A DNA stretch of 28,672 bases from positions 1 to 28,672 of the IMG/VR virus record IMGVR_UViG_3300027813_001344; one strand, given 5' to 3'. The notes below the pieces were generated by a model. It saw nothing but the letters and a program-made list of their open reading frames with translations. It did not search any database and was not told where the DNA came from. This DNA comes from a virus. Lineage: Duplodnaviria; Caudoviricetes. Made by a program: the position numbers and the translations under genes. This document shows, one piece after another, positions 17,176 through 24,778 of the stretch (position 1 is the first letter of the stretch; each line of letters starts with the position of its first letter).

Positions 17176-17466
17176 ATGATAGCGACCGATAGAACAAAAG
17201 AAGAAATAATTAAAGAGATTAATTTTTTAGTTGAAGATAAAATTCAACCAAGTGTAGCAATGCACGGGGGTGAAGTTAGACTTGAAGATTTTAATATGGA
17301 AACAGGAGTTGCACTTATGTTAATGAGTGGATCTTGTTCAGGGTGCTCAAGTAGTACAGTAACATTAAAATTGGGTGTAGAAAATATGCTTAAACATTAT
17401 GTACCTGAAGTAAAGGCTGTAGAAGGGGTTGACGATCCTACCTTTAATGATCCATACTATACATAG
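17176..17466 (+). CDS. NifU/NfuA C-terminal domain protein (Fe-S cluster carrier)
   Basis: IQPSVAMHGGEV, MSGSCSGCSSSTVTLKLGVENMLKHYVPEV. Confidence 0.9.
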   Translation: MIATDRTKEEIIKEINFLVEDKIQPSVAMHGGEVRLEDFNMETGVALMLMSGSCSGCSSSTVTLKLGVENMLKHYVPEVKAVEGVDDPTFNDPYYT

Positions 17467-17474
17467 GATAAATT

Positions 17475-18035
17475 ATGCCAGATATTGATATTGATTTTGC
17501 AGATAGAAGTGTTATTCTAGATAAATTAGAGCACCGAGTTGCGAAATTAAATTCAGGTAAGAAACACAACACAGGAGTTTACTTTACAGAAATTCCAAGC
17601 AATCCAGTGGATAATATGTCAACAGTAGATCATAAATCTGCAGATGACAGAGGGTATTTTAAATTGGATCTTTTAAATGTAAGTCTTTATAAAGATGTTA
17701 AAGATGAAGATCATTTAAATACGTTAGTAAAAAAGGAACCATTATGGGAACTTCTAGATCACAAGGATTTTGTAAAGCAATTGTTTCACGTAGGAGAACA
17801 TGGTTCAATTTTGGAAACGATGAAGCCACGGTCTGTAGAACAACTAGCAATGATACTAGCGATGATACGTCCAGGGAAACGGGCCCTAATAGGGAAGACT
17901 TGGACAGAGATTGGCAAGACTATATGGCTTCGCCCAGAGAGTGGTGAATACTATTTTAAGAAAGCTCATGCAATTGCGTATGCTGTCGCAATTACTGTAC
18001 AAATGAACTTGATATGCGAACAGCTAGATGAATGA
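17475..18035 (+). CDS. Miniature DNA polymerase III alpha (DnaE)-like catalytic fragment
   Basis: MPDIDIDF, KHNTGVY, FKLDLL, QLFH, KPRSVEQLAMILAMIRPG, YYFKKAHAIAYA in DnaE order. Confidence 0.88.
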   Translation: MPDIDIDFADRSVILDKLEHRVAKLNSGKKHNTGVYFTEIPSNPVDNMSTVDHKSADDRGYFKLDLLNVSLYKDVKDEDHLNTLVKKEPLWELLDHKDFVKQLFHVGEHGSILETMKPRSVEQLAMILAMIRPGKRALIGKTWTEIGKTIWLRPESGEYYFKKAHAIAYAVAITVQMNLICEQLDE

Positions 18036-18241
18036 TTTATATAATGACATTAACGATAACCTGGTTACTAATCCTAACAGTATGTAAAACAAACGGAATG
18101 TGTGTTAGCCAAGAGATTCAGCAATTTGACGACTACATGGAATGTACTGACACTAGATTTCAATATGAATCTTTTCCGGAAGACGGTCCTTGGAAAACTG
18201 TTACATATACATGTAAACTAAAGGATGGAATGCAAACATGA
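18032..18241 (+). CDS. Small exported Cys-containing protein
   Basis: Hydrophobic N-terminus (TLTITWLLILTVC), four Cys; ATGA overlaps at both ends. Confidence 0.6.
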   Translation: MIYIMTLTITWLLILTVCKTNGMCVSQEIQQFDDYMECTDTRFQYESFPEDGPWKTVTYTCKLKDGMQT

Positions 18242-18777
18242 AATATGAAATTAAACAAATTGATAATTGGTTAGACCCTGATCTAACTTCGTACTTAGGC
18301 GAGTTATTTTTAAATCAATACCCCCATTACTTTGTTGAGCGTTCTCGTAAAGAAGCTGGAAAGATGTATTCACATGATCTTAATCCTTCTGATAACACAA
18401 TAGGTTATCTAATTAAGAAAATTGAGAAACTTTTTGACTATCCTATTAACTTTAGTAGAATATATTTTAATGTACAACATCCATGTATGCAAGGTATGTT
18501 CCATGTAGACTCTAAAGGTATAGCAGATGCCGGACATAGTGTAATGTTAATGATGACTCCAGAAGACGAAGAAGGTTCATTCTTTTATAGACCAGTGCCT
18601 GACGATGATCTATATGTAGAAGAAGTTCCTTATAAGCAAAATAGACTTATAATTTTTCCAGCTGAAATGGAACATTACGGAAGCCCATTTAAATCAACCC
18701 CTAGAATAACACTAGTCTTTAAAACATTAAAGGCAAATGTTCAAGATGAACCTAATGGTCAATTTTATGAGGAATAA
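18238..18777 (+). CDS. 2OG-Fe(II) oxygenase
   Basis: IDNWLD, RIYFN, FHVD (HxD), NRLIIFPAEMEHYG, PRITLVFK. Confidence 0.85.
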   Translation: MKYEIKQIDNWLDPDLTSYLGELFLNQYPHYFVERSRKEAGKMYSHDLNPSDNTIGYLIKKIEKLFDYPINFSRIYFNVQHPCMQGMFHVDSKGIADAGHSVMLMMTPEDEEGSFFYRPVPDDDLYVEEVPYKQNRLIIFPAEMEHYGSPFKSTPRITLVFKTLKANVQDEPNGQFYEE

Positions 18778-18779
18778 TT

Positions 18780-19505
18780 ATGAAGTCAAATGATATATTA
18801 TTTTTTACTCAATTTAAAGAATTAGAAGAAACTCTGCCACCAGTTCCAGCTAGTGAGTTTTGGCCTGAATGGTTTCAACAACAAAAACCTAAAAACGAAT
18901 ATGACACACATGCTTGGGCTACTGTAAGAAGTTGTCCAGGAATACTTGATATGCTTAACATGGGTTATATTATTCCATTATGGTGTGACTATAAACTTAC
19001 GAAAATAAAAGCATCCGTAGGTGAAGAGATTGTATTTGACACTCCACCTAACTTAAATCAAAACGGCCGACCATTGTTTAGTGCCGCTAATCATCCACAT
19101 GAACAAATTGATAACTATCCGTTTAAAGAAGATCAATGGAAAGGATCATTTAAATGGCAAAACCCGTGGGAATTAAAAACGCCTAAAGGATATAGCAGTT
19201 TTATAATTGCTCCTTTTTATCATAGACAAGATCATTTAGAAATATTAACTGGTAGTGTTGATACTGATGTTTATCATGAACTACATGTAAATTCATTTTT
19301 TGAATCTAAAGTAGACGAGGAGATACTGTTCGAACGAGGTATGCCTTTATGCCAAGTAATTCCGTACAAGCGTGAAGACTATAAAATGGAAACTGCTGTA
19401 GGAGATCATCGAAGTAAGATTAATAGACTTACACAATGGATTTGTAATTCTATATTTGCACCTCAACATTATAGAGAAAAACTATCTCCTAAACGATACA
19501 AATAA
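18780..19505 (+). CDS. Hypothetical phage protein, paralog of 10565..11299
   Basis: FWPEWF, TVRSCPGILD..GYIIPLWCD, KWQNPWELKTPKGYS, GSVDTD, RGMPLCQVIPYKRE. Confidence 0.78.
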   Translation: MKSNDILFFTQFKELEETLPPVPASEFWPEWFQQQKPKNEYDTHAWATVRSCPGILDMLNMGYIIPLWCDYKLTKIKASVGEEIVFDTPPNLNQNGRPLFSAANHPHEQIDNYPFKEDQWKGSFKWQNPWELKTPKGYSSFIIAPFYHRQDHLEILTGSVDTDVYHELHVNSFFESKVDEEILFERGMPLCQVIPYKREDYKMETAVGDHRSKINRLTQWICNSIFAPQHYREKLSPKRYK

Positions 19506-19506
19506 A

Positions 19507-20001
19507 TTATTCTGTAATTTCTTCTGCTTCTTTAGGAACAGTAAACTCAGTAGGTAAAGTAAATTTATCCCCAAACGCTAAAGTTAAATCACTATGTAAT
19601 TTTGCTATTACATCTGCGGGCTTAGAGATAGCTACATTATCCCAATCAACAATACTTACATCATCACCAGTAAGAATAATATTACTTAATGACCAATCGC
19701 CGTGAGCATACGGAAAGGTTGTATTAATGTTGCCAAGACAAAATTCATAAATTTTATCTATAAATTCTTGCGTAGGTTCAACAGTATCTGCACACTTACC
19801 CGATATAGGTAATGTATCAATATACATACTCTCAGTAGTAGTGCCACTATCAATAACCCAATGAGGCATAAACTTATTTAAAAGTTCAACATGATGACTA
19901 AGAGCCTTTTCGTCAGAGGTTTTCCAGACTTTTCGATAACGTCCGTCAGCTAGTTTATATACAGCTCGGGTTTTATCTTCGTTTTCTTTAATTAAGATCA
20001 T
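19507..20001 (-). CDS. Minimal protein-kinase-like / phosphotransferase (APH/RIO-like); start reassigned to ATG 20001
   Basis: YRKVW (beta3 Lys), AHGDWSLSNII (catalytic loop), IVDWD (DFG equivalent). Confidence 0.75.
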   Translation of the reverse strand: MILIKENEDKTRAVYKLADGRYRKVWKTSDEKALSHHVELLNKFMPHWVIDSGTTTESMYIDTLPISGKCADTVEPTQEFIDKIYEFCLGNINTTFPYAHGDWSLSNIILTGDDVSIVDWDNVAISKPADVIAKLHSDLTLAFGDKFTLPTEFTVPKEAEEITE

Positions 20002-20002
20002 A

Positions 20003-20374
20003 CTATGATTTAGGTTTCCGAACAAGCTGAACACTTTTTCGTTTAACCCTCTTTATAGATAAGTTACTTAAATTTACGACTGGACCTACGGTTATTTTAA
20101 CATCTTTAGTATTCATAGTTACTAGAGCATGTTTAAACCTAGCAAACTCTCTGGGTAAGAAAATACTTATAGGAATAGTCCTATTGCTTTCAAACCACCA
20201 GACTTCGCCCATTCGTATAAAGTGTTCTTTTTCCTCTTCTTCTCTAATCATAGTATATACATAGATAGACGTAACATATTGGTCTTGATTCGCAATGATA
20301 CCGATATATTCGTTGCCACCGTACTGTACAACGCTTAAAAAAGGGAAATTTGTTTCTATGTCTTTTAGTAGCAT
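20003..20374 (-). CDS. Hypothetical phage protein with basic C-terminus
   Basis: FPFLS..EYIGII.NQD..WWFESNRTIPISIFL..KRVKRKSVQLVRK; fills a gap with no + strand ORF. Confidence 0.78.
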   Translation of the reverse strand: MLLKDIETNFPFLSVVQYGGNEYIGIIANQDQYVTSIYVYTMIREEEEKEHFIRMGEVWWFESNRTIPISIFLPREFARFKHALVTMNTKDVKITVGPVVNLSNLSIKRVKRKSVQLVRKPKS

Positions 20375-20387
20375 ACTTTCTTCTTGA

Positions 20388-20394
20388 ATAAATA
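20388..20394 (+). promoter_or_regulatory. Candidate late promoter ATAAATA for the 20420 gene
   Basis: 7/8 match to T4 late TATAAATA in the divergent intergenic gap. Confidence 0.5.
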
Positions 20395-20419
20395 CTATTA
20401 TGTATAAAGTGAAATTAAC

Positions 20420-21208
20420 ATGCAGTTAATACCTAGATATTTATCAACCAACAGAGCCATCCTCATAGCTGATTTGGCTAATAACATAACGGAGTATAGT
20501 CCAGTGTATCGTAGACAATTACAAGTATACAAAGGAATAGACAATGTACTTACCTTTGAAATTAAGAATCCAGATCAAAAACCCATAAGTATTTTAACTT
20601 CATATACTCCTAAGTTTGTAGCGTATGATGAAGATAAGTCGCTTGTGGTTGCACACGACGGTGTTATTCTTGAAACGTCTACTCCTACTAGGAAAGGGCA
20701 ATTTACTGTAACTGTTACAGATAATGATTTATTAAATCTAAAATCACAATTTCTAAGCTACAATGTATACCTAGTTAAAACATCTGATAATTCTAAAGTA
20801 TTAACATACGGTGGTAGTGACTATAACGCTAGTGGCACTATTCATGTAAGTACTGATGCATTTCCAGGGCCAGCAACTACATACGAATTAAAAACATTTA
20901 TTGAAGATTCATATAACAGTAGTATCTTTAATAGTGAGGCTGTATCAGCAGAACCTGTTAGAAACGGTAATGAAGCATTACACACCGCGGCAATATATAC
21001 AACAGGGTTTGAAGGAAAAGTGACCATACAAGGTACATTAGAAAATCAAGTTTCGGGCTTAACTGTATGGGCCGATGTTTCATCACTTAACTTAACATCT
21101 CCAAGTCAAGTACAATTTGTAAACTTTAATGGTGTATACTCTTACATACGAGCCAAATACGAAGATAAAGTTTCTGGCACAATTGACAAAATTCTTCTTA
21201 AAAATTAG
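20420..21208 (+). CDS. Beta-rich protein, probable virion structural/accessory component
   Basis: VYKGIDNVLTFEIKNPDQKP, KGQFTVTV, FEGKVTIQGTL, NFNGVYSYIR; Thr/Ser/Val-rich; late-type motif upstream. Confidence 0.6.
   Translation: MQLIPRYLSTNRAILIADLANNITEYSPVYRRQLQVYKGIDNVLTFEIKNPDQKPISILTSYTPKFVAYDEDKSLVVAHDGVILETSTPTRKGQFTVTVTDNDLLNLKSQFLSYNVYLVKTSDNSKVLTYGGSDYNASGTIHVSTDAFPGPATTYELKTFIEDSYNSSIFNSEAVSAEPVRNGNEALHTAAIYTTGFEGKVTIQGTLENQVSGLTVWADVSSLNLTSPSQVQFVNFNGVYSYIRAKYEDKVSGTIDKILLKN
20438..20444 (-). promoter_or_regulatory. Candidate late promoter ATAAATA on the minus strand for the 20374/20001 genes
   Basis: TATTTAT on + strand, ~64 nt upstream of the minus-strand ATG, inside the first codons of the 20420 gene. 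Confidence 0.35.
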
Positions 21209-21237
21209 TTGACTTTACTCTAGTTTTACGCTATAAT
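21209..21237 (+). promoter_or_regulatory. Sigma70-type promoter TTGACT-N17-TATAAT, 6 nt before the primase ATG
   Basis: -35 at 21209-21214, -10 at 21232-21237; fills the intergenic gap. Confidence 0.88.
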
Positions 21238-21243
21238 ACTAAT

Positions 21244-22227
21244 ATGACTAACCTTGTATTAGATACGTTAAACTCGCACTTACCGGCAAAACGGAAAACT
21301 ACTCCTAGTGGGTGGACAAGTTTCAATGCACCGTGTTGTCATCATCACGGAACATCACAAGATAAAAGACAACGTGGCGGGTTAATAACAAATGGTGACG
21401 GTGGGGTCAGCTTTCATTGTTTTAATTGCGGATTTAAAGCTAGTTGGCAACAAGGTAGAAAACTTTCTCCTAAGATGAAAAACTTGCTACAATGGTTAGG
21501 AGTATCCGACAGTACTATTACTTCACTTGCATTACAAGTATTACAATTTAACGAAGCAGAAGGATTAGCAAATCCAATAGTTACATTACCTGTATTTAAT
21601 ACAGTTCCATTACCTGAAGATGCTAAACCAATTTCACAATTTAAAGAGTTGCCTGAAGCACTAGAAAAAGTTATAATGTATATGAAGTCACGACAACTGT
21701 ATACTGAAGATTATGATTTTCATTGGTCAGCTTCATTAGGGTATAGAGATCGTTTAATAATTCCATTTTATTATGAAAATAAAATAGTTGGCTGGACTGC
21801 ACGTAAAATTACAAATGGTCATCCAAAGTATTTGTCTGAACAACAACCAGGCTATGTGTTTAATTTAGATGCACAAGATTATAGAAGATTGTTTGTAATT
21901 CTAGTAGAAGGTCCTGTAGACGCTATAGGTATCGAAGGTGTTGCACTTTTGGGTAGTGAAGTCAGAGATCAACAGGCATTGCTTCTAAATAGTTTAAATA
22001 AGCAAGTAATAGTTGTGCCAGATAGAGATACTGCTGGAGTTAAACTAATGGAGCAGGCAATGGAATTGGGTTGGTCAGTTAGTATGCCTGACTGGGAATC
22101 AGATGTAAAAGATGTAAATGATGCTATACTAAAATACGGTAGAATGTTTACGTTACACACTATTGTTTCGTATGCTGAAGAAAGTGAATTAAAGATTAAG
22201 TTAAGGAGCAAAAAATGGTTTGTTTGA
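21244..22227 (+). CDS. DNA primase (DnaG / T4 gp61-like)
   Basis: Zn finger APCC...FHCFNCG; RLIIPF, GWTAR, PKY; TOPRIM LVEGPVDA, VPDRD, KDVND. Confidence 0.92.
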   Translation: MTNLVLDTLNSHLPAKRKTTPSGWTSFNAPCCHHHGTSQDKRQRGGLITNGDGGVSFHCFNCGFKASWQQGRKLSPKMKNLLQWLGVSDSTITSLALQVLQFNEAEGLANPIVTLPVFNTVPLPEDAKPISQFKELPEALEKVIMYMKSRQLYTEDYDFHWSASLGYRDRLIIPFYYENKIVGWTARKITNGHPKYLSEQQPGYVFNLDAQDYRRLFVILVEGPVDAIGIEGVALLGSEVRDQQALLLNSLNKQVIVVPDRDTAGVKLMEQAMELGWSVSMPDWESDVKDVNDAILKYGRMFTLHTIVSYAEESELKIKLRSKKWFV

Positions 22228-22337
22228 AGGCCCTTTGGAATAAGATTTCTGCACCATATTTAAAATGGAAAGAAAATCGACGTTTCAAAAAACGGATTAA
22301 AGAGTTACAAAAAAAAGATCCATTCATATACAAATAA
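22215..22337 (+). CDS. Small basic protein (40 aa) ending KKDPFIYK, not in ORF track
   Basis: MVCLKALWNKISAPYLKWKENRRFKKRIKELQKKDPFIYK*; TAAGGAG SD. Confidence 0.72.
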   Translation: MVCLKALWNKISAPYLKWKENRRFKKRIKELQKKDPFIYK

Positions 22338-22352
22338 ACGAAAGGAGCAAGG

Positions 22353-22550
22353 ATGCCAGAAGACGATGATGGGAAATTAGAAATTTCTTTAAGAGTATTA
22401 GGAAACGAACTTATTGGAATTAAAATGATTGTTGATGATTTTAAAATGAAATGGTTAGTAGTAGGAGTAACAACTCTTATTGCACTAGGTTGGGCAATAA
22501 GTAATTTTGGTCCATTGTTACTAGAAACATTTGAAAAGGTGCCAAAATGA
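22353..22550 (+). CDS. Small single-pass membrane protein
   Basis: AAGGAG SD; TM segment WLVVGVTTLIALGWAI. Confidence 0.72.
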   Translation: MPEDDDGKLEISLRVLGNELIGIKMIVDDFKMKWLVVGVTTLIALGWAISNFGPLLLETFEKVPK

Positions 22551-22789
22551 TTAGAAAAGAAAATAATCTCGATAGTACAGAACTTGCGTATAGACGTATA
22601 GAAAAACTAGTATCACAACTATGTTTAGACGAAGAGGTTTCTCCGATAGAGTGTGCTGGAGTATTGATGGCTCAAGCAATGCGTATCTATAAAACTGCAC
22701 TATCAGCAGAAGGATTTGAACGAATAATTGAAACTATCTTAGAGACTCGATCGGACGTAACGCCATTTGTTAAACCAACAACGCATTAG
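22547..22789 (+). CDS. Hypothetical helical protein (80 aa)
   Basis: ATGA overlap; no motif recognised. Confidence 0.68.
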   Translation: MIRKENNLDSTELAYRRIEKLVSQLCLDEEVSPIECAGVLMAQAMRIYKTALSAEGFERIIETILETRSDVTPFVKPTTH

Positions 22790-22796
22790 AAACAGT

Positions 22797-23114
22797 ATGA
22801 CAGAATATAAAGAAAAATTAAATGATAAGATTAAAGCATTAAACTCTACACGGGTTTTTAAAAAGATAACACCGAAGGGAGACCTTAGTTGGTATATTAA
22901 ATGGGGAGCAAGTGTTATTATTTTATGGGGAATGGTATTAACAAGTGTAGGGGGCATGGAACCTTATAATTTAATGTTTCATCTTTGTGGCGTAATTGGT
23001 TGGTTAATAGTTGGTATGTTATGGCATGATAGGGCATTAATTTTTATTAATACTGCCGCTACGGTAATCTTTAGTACAGGAATTATAAAGGTAATACTTC
23101 AAAATGGATTATAA
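22797..23114 (+). CDS. Small 3-TM membrane protein (DUF6552-like); start reassigned to ATG 22797
   Basis: SWYIKW.AS..I..GM.LTS...PYNL..H..G..GW..VG.LWHDRALI.IN. Confidence 0.7.
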   Translation: MTEYKEKLNDKIKALNSTRVFKKITPKGDLSWYIKWGASVIILWGMVLTSVGGMEPYNLMFHLCGVIGWLIVGMLWHDRALIFINTAATVIFSTGIIKVILQNGL

Positions 23115-23796
23115 ACTCCTTAGACCATTTGGTCCAACAATTTATCACTCAACAATGCGTGAAGAAATGATGGACCTTTTAAGAGAAATTACTGAAGATA
23201 GTAGAGTGTCAGGTGCAGATTTTAGAGATAAACTTTCTGGTAATATTGATAAAGAAGTGTTGTGGGCAACAGGAACAGCTATGAAGAATGCATTTTATCA
23301 TGAACTATTACCGCACATAAAGAATTACACAGAAGCTGGATATGAACGGTATGCTTCACATTTACTTAATAGAGATGAATATGATGCACACCACTCAGAG
23401 GAAGCAGATAAGGTATTTGGATATACATTTTCCACAGATCCTTGGATTAACTTTCAACAAGCAAATGAATTTAATCCTACACATTCACATACAGGAATAT
23501 TAAGTTCTGTACTGTATATTGATGTACCTGAAGTAATTGCAGAAGAGGCAACACGTAGCAAAAGCAATATGGGATGTGCAGGCCAAATAGAATTCGTTTA
23601 TGGTCCAAATGTATTAGGAGTAAATGGTACACATAAGATTGTTCCTAAAACAGGAGATATACTTTTATTTCATGCAGAATTAAATCATAGTGTATATCCA
23701 TTTAAAAGTGATGTTGAAAGAATTAGTATGAGTTTTAATGTAGGCAATATTAGCAAAGGTTCCTTAATACCAACAGAAACAGGAATCAAATTTTAA
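23104..23796 (+). CDS. Putative 2OG-Fe(II) oxygenase (TIGR02466-like, HxH type)
   Basis: RPFGPTI, WINFQ..EFNPTHSH.G.LSSVLYI, GDILLF..LNHSVYPF..ERISMSFN. Confidence 0.85.
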   Translation: MDYKLLRPFGPTIYHSTMREEMMDLLREITEDSRVSGADFRDKLSGNIDKEVLWATGTAMKNAFYHELLPHIKNYTEAGYERYASHLLNRDEYDAHHSEEADKVFGYTFSTDPWINFQQANEFNPTHSHTGILSSVLYIDVPEVIAEEATRSKSNMGCAGQIEFVYGPNVLGVNGTHKIVPKTGDILLFHAELNHSVYPFKSDVERISMSFNVGNISKGSLIPTETGIKF

Positions 23797-23808
23797 AGGA
23801 GAAATGAT

Positions 23809-24177
23809 ATGTTAGATGGACACTTTATTGACCCGGCTGATGCAGAAGTAGTTGAAGGAGTAATAGTTGCTCGGAAACACGAATGCGACATTATTATGAT
23901 ATACTGTTCAGTATGTAGAGCTAGAGTTGATGTTCCAGTTCAGCATGAAGGCGCAACAGGAATACATTATCAATCAATAAACTTACCTTCGCATATGGCA
24001 AAAGTTGTAAGTTTAATTCCTAATTGGACTACAACGTGTAACCAGTGTAATACACCATTAGCAATAGAAACTACAGTATCTAAACCAGTAACAGTAGAAA
24101 TAACAGTAAAACAAGATTGTTCGAACATGGGTCCGGGTATGGAATCATGGTATGACGAACACGGACCAACAGCATAG
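23809..24177 (+). CDS. Zinc-ribbon protein (CxxC...CxxC)
   Basis: YCSVC...CNQC; AAGGAG SD. Confidence 0.7.
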   Translation: MLDGHFIDPADAEVVEGVIVARKHECDIIMIYCSVCRARVDVPVQHEGATGIHYQSINLPSHMAKVVSLIPNWTTTCNQCNTPLAIETTVSKPVTVEITVKQDCSNMGPGMESWYDEHGPTA

Positions 24178-24190
24178 GAGAATAGAAAAT

Positions 24191-24778
24191 ATGTCAAACT
24201 TAGTACCAATGGTAGTTGAATCTACAGCAAAAGGCGAACGTGCTTACGACATCTATAGTCGCTTACTAAAAGATAGAATTATCTTTTTAACAGGAGCAAT
24301 TGACGATTATGTTGCGGCATCAATATGTGCCCAGCTATTGTTTTTAGAATCAGTTAGTAAAGAAAAAACAATATCAATGTATATCCAATCGCCCGGCGGG
24401 TTAGTAAGTGCTGGACTGGCTATCTATGATACAATGCAATATATTAAACCTGAAGTAGCTACTGTTTGTATAGGCCAGGCGGCATCGGCAGGCTCGTTAC
24501 TATTAATGGCAGGAGCAAAAGGTAAACGTGTTGCGTTACCTAATAGTAAGATAATGATCCATCAACCATCAGGTGGGTTTAGAGGACAAGCAACTGATAT
24601 GGAAATCCATGTTAGGGATATGATGGAAACAAAGAAACGTTTAAATGAACTATATGTAAAACATTGTGGTAGCGACATTGACACAGTTAATGCGGCAATG
24701 GAACGTGATAACTTTATGACTCCTGAACAAGCTATGGAGTTTGGACTAATTGATAAAATTGAAGAGTCTCGAAAATAA
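24191..24778 (+). CDS. clpP: ATP-dependent Clp protease proteolytic subunit; start reassigned to ATG 24191
   Basis: [30 protein letters not shown], triad QAAS / IHQP / ERD intact; AGGAG SD. Confidence 0.96.
   Translation: MSNLVPMVVESTAKGERAYDIYSRLLKDRIIFLTGAIDDYVAASICAQLLFLESVSKEKTISMYIQSPGGLVSAGLAIYDTMQYIKPEVATVCIGQAASAGSLLLMAGAKGKRVALPNSKIMIHQPSGGFRGQATDMEIHVRDMMETKKRLNELYVKHCGSDIDTVNAAMERDNFMTPEQAMEFGLIDKIEESRK

Noticed and set aside
17176-18241. DnaE interrupted by an intron, intein or frameshift
   Set aside because: Flanking ORFs are unrelated intact genes, and the deletions are internal between motifs, so it is a compact gene rather than a disrupted one
15681-24173. Shared 11-mer GGACCAACAGC: both zinc-ribbon ORFs (15477 and 23809) end in GPTA*
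   Set aside because: Exact 11-bp matches are expected by chance in 28 kb, and the similarity does not extend further
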